Positions 57,567 through 64,000 of a stretch of DNA of 64,000 nt are shown one piece after another. How positions within the stretch are numbered: the first letter of the stretch is position 1; each line of letters opens with the position of its first letter. The stretch comes from Gemmatimonadaceae bacterium (GTDB lineage: Bacteria > Gemmatimonadota > Gemmatimonadetes > Gemmatimonadales > Gemmatimonadaceae), in assembly GCA_040902005.1 (NCBI GenBank), contig JBBDYA010000121.1, positions 1 to 64,000 of the forward strand. The letters run 5' to 3'. Under the pieces are notes generated by a model. That model was not told the DNA's origin. It saw only the letters and a program-made list of their open reading frames with translations, and did not search any database. Position numbers and translations under genes: made by a program.

Positions 57567-59057
57567 ATGCGGAGCGCGCGCTGGCGACTCCTGTGGCTGC
57601 TGGGCTCCGCCGGATGTGTTCCCGGAATGAGCGGGCCGACGCCACGGCTGGACGAACGCGCGGAATTGCGCCATGTGATCGATTCGATGCTGGCGGCGCC
57701 GGAGGTCCGGCACGCGCGCTGGGGGGTGCTGATCGTCGATCCCGATCGGGGCGACACGTTGTATTCGCACGACGCCGGCAAGCTGTTCGTCCCCGCGTCG
57801 AACATGAAGATCATCACGGCGGCCGTGGCCCTGGAGGTGCTGGGGCCTGACTTCCGGTTTCGCACACCCGTGCTCGCGCGCGGGCCGGTTCAGGACGGCG
57901 TGCTGCTGGGCGACCTGCTCGTCGTGGGCCGCGGCGACCCAAGCGTGAGCGACCACGTGGCGGGAGACGCCATGATTCCGCTGAACGCGGTGGCCGAGGC
58001 GATCGCCGCGCGCGGCATCACGCGCATTGCCGGCTCGGTGTTGCCATGGGGCAACGCGTTTCCGGACGCCACGATCGGGTTCGGATGGCCGCTGGACGAT
58101 CTCGAGTTCGCCTACAGCGCGCCCGTGGACGAGTTGCTGTTCAACGAGGGATACTCGGAGATCCATGTACGCGCGGGGGCGCAGCCGAATGATCCGCCGG
58201 AAATCTGGACCCGGCCCGCGCGCTCGTATCCGCCGCTGCGCATTGCGGTGACCACAACGCTGCGCGGCACCGGCGAGGATTCCCTGCCGCAGGTGGAGGC
58301 CGTCAAGGACACGATGCGAGGGGACGTGCTGGTGTCCGGCACCATCCCGGCGGGCGACTCCGCCGTTCGCATCGTCACGCACCGCGACCCCGCACAGGCC
58401 TATGTCGCGGCGCTGCGCGAGGCGCTCGCCGACCACGGCATCGCCATCGGGGACTCCGCGTTCGTCGCAGATTCGGCGGCAGTGGCCGACACGGTGCACG
58501 TGCTCGAATCGCCGCCGCTGTCGCAGATTCTCGGCTTCTTCATGAAACCGTCGCAGAACCAGATCGGTGAGATGCTCTTCAAATCGGTGGGGCTCGCGGT
58601 CGCGGACACGGGAACAGTGCGGGTGGCGCGGCGCATCGTCGCGGAGCAGCTGGCCACCTGGGGCGCGCAGAACGACGGGTCCCTGATTTGGGGCGGGAGC
58701 GGGCTGTCGCGCCGGGACATGCTGTCGCCCGAGACCATCGTCCGGGTGCTCGACGTCATGCGACGCGGACCGCATTTCGAGACGTACCACGATGCGTTTC
58801 CGGTCGCGGGCGTGGATGGAACGCTGCGCCTGCGGATGCGGGGCACGGTCGGCGAAGCCAATGTCCGCGGCAAGACCGGCACGCTGGGCAGCGTGCGGTC
58901 GCTCTCCGGCTACGTCACCACCGCCGGCGGCCAGCAGCTCCTGTTCAGCGTGCTCGCAAACAACTTTCTCGTGGGCACGGAGCGGATCTCGCGCGTGCAG
59001 GACACCATCGCGGTGCGGCTCGCACGTCTGCGCGTGGTCACGGGGAGCGACCGCTGA
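57567..59057 (+). CDS. dacB: D-Ala-D-Ala carboxypeptidase/endopeptidase (PBP4, S13), lipoprotein
   Basis: PASNMK (SxxK), SQN, KTGT; lipobox SAGC. Confidence 0.93.
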   Translation: MRSARWRLLWLLGSAGCVPGMSGPTPRLDERAELRHVIDSMLAAPEVRHARWGVLIVDPDRGDTLYSHDAGKLFVPASNMKIITAAVALEVLGPDFRFRTPVLARGPVQDGVLLGDLLVVGRGDPSVSDHVAGDAMIPLNAVAEAIAARGITRIAGSVLPWGNAFPDATIGFGWPLDDLEFAYSAPVDELLFNEGYSEIHVRAGAQPNDPPEIWTRPARSYPPLRIAVTTTLRGTGEDSLPQVEAVKDTMRGDVLVSGTIPAGDSAVRIVTHRDPAQAYVAALREALADHGIAIGDSAFVADSAAVADTVHVLESPPLSQILGFFMKPSQNQIGEMLFKSVGLAVADTGTVRVARRIVAEQLATWGAQNDGSLIWGGSGLSRRDMLSPETIVRVLDVMRRGPHFETYHDAFPVAGVDGTLRLRMRGTVGEANVRGKTGTLGSVRSLSGYVTTAGGQQLLFSVLANNFLVGTERISRVQDTIAVRLARLRVVTGSDR

Positions 59058-60313
59058 ACGACCGTCCCCTCTCGGTGGCAGAGGCCTGCGCGGCCGTGCT
59101 GAGCGACGTCGCGCCGCTGGACGCCGAGGCCGTCGCGCTGCACGATGCCCTCGGCCGGGTGCTGGCGGAGGACGTGGCATCGCCGCTGGCCCTGCCGCCC
59201 TGGGACAATGCGTCCATGGACGGCTACGCCGTGCGATCGGACGACATGCGGGAGGCGAGCACGGAGGCGCCGGTCGCGCTGACCGTCACCGGCACCATCG
59301 CGGCCGGCACCAGGAGCGGTCGCACGCTCGGTGCGGGTGAAGCGATCCGAATCATGACCGGCGCACCCATCCCCGCGGGCGCCGATTCCGTGGTGCGGGT
59401 CGAAGACACCGACGGCGGCGAAGCGACGGTGCGGATCTCATCGAGCCGGGACGCGCTGCGGAACGTGCGCGTGCTCGGCGAAGACGTCGGCGCGGGTGAC
59501 ATCGTCGCGAGCCGGGGGATGCAACTGCATCCCGCGCACCTTGGCCTGATCGCCTCGGTGGGGCGTTCGAAGGTGCGCGTCCACCGCCGGCCGCGCGTGG
59601 CCGTGCTGGCCTCGGGGGACGAGCTGGTGGATGTCGATCGCTTCGCCGAGGTTCTGGCCGGCGACAAGATCATCTCGTCGAACAGCTACGCCCTGTCGGC
59701 CGCTGTGCGGGACGCGGGCGCGGACGCGGTGTCGCTCGGGCTCGTCGGCGACGATCCGGTGGCGCTGCGAGAGCGGCTGTCCCGCTGCGACTGCGATCTG
59801 CTGATCACGACAGGCGGCGTTTCCGTGGGCGCGTTCGACTTCACTCGCGGCGTGCTGGCCGAGCTCGGGGCAACCCAGCGCTTCTGGCGCGTGCGCATGC
59901 GCCCGGGCGCACCGGTCGGATTCGGCATGCTCCGAGGCGTGCCGTGGCTCGGGCTTCCCGGCAATCCCGTGTCAACGCTCGTCACGTTCGAGCTGTTCGC
60001 GCGCCCAGCCATTCGCAGGATGCTGGGGCACGCGCTGCTCCACCGGGTGCCCGTGCGCGCGACCCTGCAGGACGACGCGTCCATCGCTCCCCCGCTGACA
60101 CACTTCCTCCGCGCGATCGTGACGGGCGGACCCGGCGGCTATTCGGCCAGACTCACCGGACCACAGGGATCAGGGCTGCTCTCGTCCATGGCACGGGCCA
60201 ACGCCCTGCTGGTCATCCGGGGTGACCGGGCGCATGTCGCGTCGGGCGAACAGGTGGATGCACTCCTCCTGCGCGACGACGTCGCGCACGCGGCCTCGCC
60301 GCCGGTGACGTGA
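59054..60313 (+). CDS. moeA: molybdopterin molybdotransferase; probable CTG start overlapping the dacB stop (alternative GTG 59075)
   Basis: PPWDNASMDGYAV, IMTGAP, SGDEL, TTGGVSVG, LPGNPVS, QGSG. Confidence 0.95.
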   Translation: MNDRPLSVAEACAAVLSDVAPLDAEAVALHDALGRVLAEDVASPLALPPWDNASMDGYAVRSDDMREASTEAPVALTVTGTIAAGTRSGRTLGAGEAIRIMTGAPIPAGADSVVRVEDTDGGEATVRISSSRDALRNVRVLGEDVGAGDIVASRGMQLHPAHLGLIASVGRSKVRVHRRPRVAVLASGDELVDVDRFAEVLAGDKIISSNSYALSAAVRDAGADAVSLGLVGDDPVALRERLSRCDCDLLITTGGVSVGAFDFTRGVLAELGATQRFWRVRMRPGAPVGFGMLRGVPWLGLPGNPVSTLVTFELFARPAIRRMLGHALLHRVPVRATLQDDASIAPPLTHFLRAIVTGGPGGYSARLTGPQGSGLLSSMARANALLVIRGDRAHVASGEQVDALLLRDDVAHAASPPVT

Positions 60314-60476
60314 CCCCGGGCACAGCGTATCAGCAGACGAATCCGCACCTTGCGGTGAGGGTTGTAACTGTCGCAAGTGCGGTCCCGGCAGTACGTTAGA
60401 AGCGCCTCCCTGGTTCCGCCCACCGCCTCCGTTGTCGGGTTCGGGCTCGTTCCGCCGTCCAAGAGTGTGTAAGCAT

Positions 60477-62819
60477 ATGAAGATCAAAGCCATCCGCATA
60501 CTTGCCGTCGCTCTGAGTGCGGCGGCCGGTCTCACGTGTGCCGACGATAGCGTGAGTGGAGTGCGGCGTGTGAGTGCCGCGTCGTTCGCGCTGGCGCCTG
60601 CGTTCGTGGAGGCCCCGGAAGGCGGTCCCAACATCGGCGTCGAGCGCATTCGCGGGGTGCTCCGCGGTGCCAGCGACAGCACCGTGGCCGAAGCGGCGGT
60701 GGAAGGCGACAGCGCCATCCTCCGGTTCGAGCGCGTCCAGGTCCGCGGTGACAGCAGCACGTTCGAGCTCGAGGTTCAGGCGTTCGACTCGAGCGACGTG
60801 CTGGTCTTTCAGTCCCAGAGCGACATCCAGGTGCAGCCGGGCGACAACGCACCGGCGCAACCGGAACTCGAGTATGCGGCTCCGGACGCCAACGTCGATT
60901 CGCTCGACGTCGCCGGCTCCGTGGTACCGCTCGCCTGGCTGGGGGCGGCGCCGGGCAATACCAGGTGCCTGAACCGCGCGGCGGACGCGGAGGCCCAGAC
61001 GCAGCACCAACTGACCGTTCAGGGGTTCGCAAGCGGGGCCGCGGTGGCTGGCGTTCGGGTGGGGTGGACGTCGCGCGACACCACGATCGCGACCGTGAGC
61101 GCGTCCGGTTTGGTGCAATCGCGTTGCTCGAACAGGTCCACCTACGTGGTGGCCCGCACCTTCACGAACGAAGCGGATTCCGTGCTGGTCAGCGTTACCG
61201 CGCCGGCGTTCACGCTGTTGATGGATCCCGACTCCGTGAGCATTCCGCGCGGCGGAAGCGACACGCTCTCCGCGCTGGTCGTGGACGAGAACGGCAACGC
61301 GGTGCCGGCAGCGGAGGTGTCATGGCACACGAGCGATCCGACGCGGGCCACGGTGAACCAGTCCGGCGTGGTGCAGGCCTTCACGAACGGGCGCGTACAG
61401 ATCACGGCCTCGTCCGGGGGTCGCACCACGGTCGCGATCGTGCAAGTCGAAACCCCGAAGGCCGCCAGGTTGGTCGTCGTTCCGGGGGTGGATACCGCCG
61501 CCGTGGGACAGCACCGGGTGTTCTTCGCCAAGGCGTTCGACGCGTCGAATCGCGTGATCGGTGACGCCACGGGGTTCGAGTGGTATTCATCACACCCCGA
61601 CATCGCGAGCGTGAACGCGTCCACGGGTGTCGTGCAGGCGCTTGCGCTGGGTGATGCGTTCATCGTTGCGAAGCTGGACGGCAAGAAGGACAGCATCCCG
61701 TTCAACGTCGCGGCGTCGCGCCCGCCGGGGTCCATCGAGTCGCGCGTCATCCACGCGGCCACCGAGAGTCCGCTGGCGGGAGCATCGATCACCGGGCCCG
61801 GGCCCGCGAGCGGCACGACGTCGGGGCCGGACGGCACCTTCGTGCTGGGCGGCTTGCAACCCGGCGATAATGTCACGGTGTCGCTCGACGGATACGTGTC
61901 GATCACGCTGTACGACGCACCGGTGTACCCCAACCAGACGCTGCGCCTGCCGGACGCGCCGATGATTCCCACCAGCACCTCGCCGGGCAGCATGACGGGC
62001 TCGGTGAAGCATGCACTCACACAGAGTGGCGTGAGCGGCATTGCCGTGAACGCCTACACGGGGATCAACGCGGGGCCGTCCCCGTTGCGGCCGTTCGCCA
62101 CACCGGTGGCCACCGTCAGCACGACCACGAACGGATCGTTCACGATCAACAACCTTGGCGCCGGCACCTATACGCTGATTTTCTCGGGTGAGGGATACTC
62201 CGAGATGGTCAGCGTGGGCGTGGTGTTCGGCGGGCTGACCACCGCCCAGGACGCGGTGCTGCTGCCGCCGGCGACCTCGTCGAGCGGCATCGCGATCGTG
62301 CTGACGTGGGGTCAGTGCGGGGAGACCCACGTGGCGTGCGACCTCGACCTGCATCTCACCGGACCGAGAGTGGATGCCGGACGGTTCCACGTGTACCAGG
62401 GAGACAAGCGTTACCTGGCGGAAGGCGACACGGTGGCGGCACTGGACCTGGACGATCTCACGGGCCCCGGACCGGAAGTGATCGGGCTGCGCGCGTCGGC
62501 GGCGCCCGGCGCATACCGCTTATACGTCCACAACTATTCCGGCCGGTCCGCTGGCACGAGCCGCTCCCTCGCCGATTCCAGCTTTGCCCGCGTTGACGTG
62601 TACCAGAACAACCGCGTGATCGGCACGTTCTTCCCGCCGTCCGGCGTGCCGGGCACGCTCTGGAAGGTGTTCGAGTACGACGGCGCGCGGCTTACGCCGA
62701 AGAACGAGATCGTGCATCAGGAGGACGCGGCTGTGCTTCCGATGATCGTCGGCCCGATCGATCCGTCCGCCGAGGACCTGTCGCGCATTTTCGACGCGGT
62801 GAAGCGGCCGAAGAAGTAG
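60477..62819 (+). CDS. exported lipoprotein with Ig-like (Big_2) repeats, carboxypeptidase-regulatory-like domains and a YfaP-like C-terminus
   Basis: AAGLTC signal; three W.S.D..IATV..SG.V-type repeats; LTWG...DLDLH...LDLDD..GPGPE. Confidence 0.78.
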   Translation: MKIKAIRILAVALSAAAGLTCADDSVSGVRRVSAASFALAPAFVEAPEGGPNIGVERIRGVLRGASDSTVAEAAVEGDSAILRFERVQVRGDSSTFELEVQAFDSSDVLVFQSQSDIQVQPGDNAPAQPELEYAAPDANVDSLDVAGSVVPLAWLGAAPGNTRCLNRAADAEAQTQHQLTVQGFASGAAVAGVRVGWTSRDTTIATVSASGLVQSRCSNRSTYVVARTFTNEADSVLVSVTAPAFTLLMDPDSVSIPRGGSDTLSALVVDENGNAVPAAEVSWHTSDPTRATVNQSGVVQAFTNGRVQITASSGGRTTVAIVQVETPKAARLVVVPGVDTAAVGQHRVFFAKAFDASNRVIGDATGFEWYSSHPDIASVNASTGVVQALALGDAFIVAKLDGKKDSIPFNVAASRPPGSIESRVIHAATESPLAGASITGPGPASGTTSGPDGTFVLGGLQPGDNVTVSLDGYVSITLYDAPVYPNQTLRLPDAPMIPTSTSPGSMTGSVKHALTQSGVSGIAVNAYTGINAGPSPLRPFATPVATVSTTTNGSFTINNLGAGTYTLIFSGEGYSEMVSVGVVFGGLTTAQDAVLLPPATSSSGIAIVLTWGQCGETHVACDLDLHLTGPRVDAGRFHVYQGDKRYLAEGDTVAALDLDDLTGPGPEVIGLRASAAPGAYRLYVHNYSGRSAGTSRSLADSSFARVDVYQNNRVIGTFFPPSGVPGTLWKVFEYDGARLTPKNEIVHQEDAAVLPMIVGPIDPSAEDLSRIFDAVKRPKK

Positions 62820-62826
62820 TCCGCGC

Positions 62827-64000
62827 TCAGGCCTGGAGGCGCTCGGCGACGACCTCGGAGATGTCGAGGACGTTCACGTTCGCGTCCCTCGCCTTCGCGC
62901 CGTCGGCCATCATGGTCATGCAGAAGGGACAGGCGACGGCGATCGTGTCCGCGCCGGTGGCAAGCAGTTCTTCCACGCGCTCCACGTTGATGCGCTTGCC
63001 CGTGTTCTCTTCCATGAACATGCGGCCGCCGCCGGCGCCGCAGCACAGCCCGCGATCCTTCGTGCGCGGCGGCTCCACGAGGTTCACCACGGGGAGCGCG
63101 CGGCGCAGCGTCTCGCGCGGGGCGTCGTAGATGTCGTTGTAGCGGCCCAGATAGCACGAGTCGTGGTAGGCAACGGTCAGGCGCTGGCCTTCATCGCTCC
63201 GGAGCGGAACGCGATTCTCCTGAAGCAGCCGCTCGATGTAGCTGGAGTGGTGGATGACTTCATAGTTGCCGCCCAACTGCGGGAACTCGTTGCCGATCTG
63301 GTGAAAGCAGTGCGGGCAGCTCGTGACGACCGTGAGCACGTCGTACCGGTTCAACGTTTCGATCGTGTCTTTCGCCAGCATCTGGTAGAGGTATTCGTTG
63401 CCCAGGCGCCGAGCAGGGTCGCCGTGGCAGTGCTCCTCCTGCCCCAGGATCGCGAACCGGATGCCGCACGCCTGCATGATCCTCGCGAACGCCACCGTGA
63501 TCTTCTTCGCCCGGTCATCGAACGATCCCATGCACCCCACCCAGAACAGCACGTCCGGCCGTTCGCCCCGGGCATGCATCTCCGCCATGGTGGGGATGTT
63601 CATCCCCTGGGCCCAGTTGGCGCGGTCCGACTGGCTGAACGCCCAGGGCGATCCGTTGCGCTCCAGGGATTCGAAGGCGGGCTGGACCTCCGCCGGAAAC
63701 CGCGACTCGCTGAGCACCAGAAAGCGGCGCATTTCGTTGATCACGTCCAGCTGATCGATGGACACCGGGCACTCCTGCACGCAGGCGCGGCAACTCGTGC
63801 ACGCCCACAGCTCGTCCTCCGTGATATAGTGGTCCAACAGCCGGTGCTCGAGCACCTGCTCCGGCGTCCGCGCGCCGGCGCTCGCTCCGTCCGCGCGCAC
63901 GAACATCGGTCGTAGAAATTCCATGCGATCGCCGGTGACGAGCGGCCCTTTCTCCATGAGTCGCTGCCGCGCGTTCACCACGATCTTTCGCGGGCTCAGC
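62827..64000 (-). CDS. Fe-S oxidoreductase (FadF/GlpC/HdrD family); 5' end lies outside the window
   Basis: CTSCRACVQECP ferredoxin motif, two CCG-type domains (EHCHG, CPHC; YHDSC, CCGAGGG, CPFC). Confidence 0.9.
   Translation of the reverse strand, partial: LSPRKIVVNARQRLMEKGPLVTGDRMEFLRPMFVRADGASAGARTPEQVLEHRLLDHYITEDELWACTSCRACVQECPVSIDQLDVINEMRRFLVLSESRFPAEVQPAFESLERNGSPWAFSQSDRANWAQGMNIPTMAEMHARGERPDVLFWVGCMGSFDDRAKKITVAFARIMQACGIRFAILGQEEHCHGDPARRLGNEYLYQMLAKDTIETLNRYDVLTVVTSCPHCFHQIGNEFPQLGGNYEVIHHSSYIERLLQENRVPLRSDEGQRLTVAYHDSCYLGRYNDIYDAPRETLRRALPVVNLVEPPRTKDRGLCCGAGGGRMFMEENTGKRINVERVEELLATGADTIAVACPFCMTMMADGAKARDANVNVLDISEVVAERLQA

Overview
A 64 kb window of high-GC (roughly 68-70% by eye) bacterial core chromosome. 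Gene content and order suggest a Gemmatimonadota-like diderm; this is inference, no search was run. It starts in a 50-nt poly-C run that is probably an artefact. It carries cpdB, udk, rhomboid, dnaK, degP, tRNA-Leu(TAG), tig-clpP-clpX-lon-engB, a PilB/GspE ATPase fused to a NUDIX domain, trpE, an FHA-GAF adenylate cyclase, an LPS-core cluster (Kdo-kinase-like, methyltransferase, three GT9, split DUF4254), maf-glmS-glmM, an HD-GYP regulator, metB-like, purD-mutM-uvrC-like, a squalene/phytoene synthase, menG/ubiE, an ECF sigma/anti-sigma operon, mrp, nrnA, guaB, gpmI, fdhE-like/mobA/dacB/moeA, an Ig-repeat lipoprotein and a partial Fe-S oxidoreductase. I saw no transposase, integrase, prophage, CRISPR array or rRNA. 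The best candidate for an undescribed system is a four-gene peptidoglycan module at 50041-53618: a cysteine-free L,D-transpeptidase-fold pseudoenzyme, an active L,D-transpeptidase, and two MepK/M15-like peptidases with Dx[DN]xDG calcium-type loops inserted beside the zinc site. Other signals: the GspE-NUDIX fusion, a DUF4254 gene split at a G8 tract, a two-copy REP-like palindrome, probable CTG starts (lon, moeA), recurrent leaderless TANNNT-N5-9-ATG starts, and a SigW-type promoter between the sigma and anti-sigma genes.
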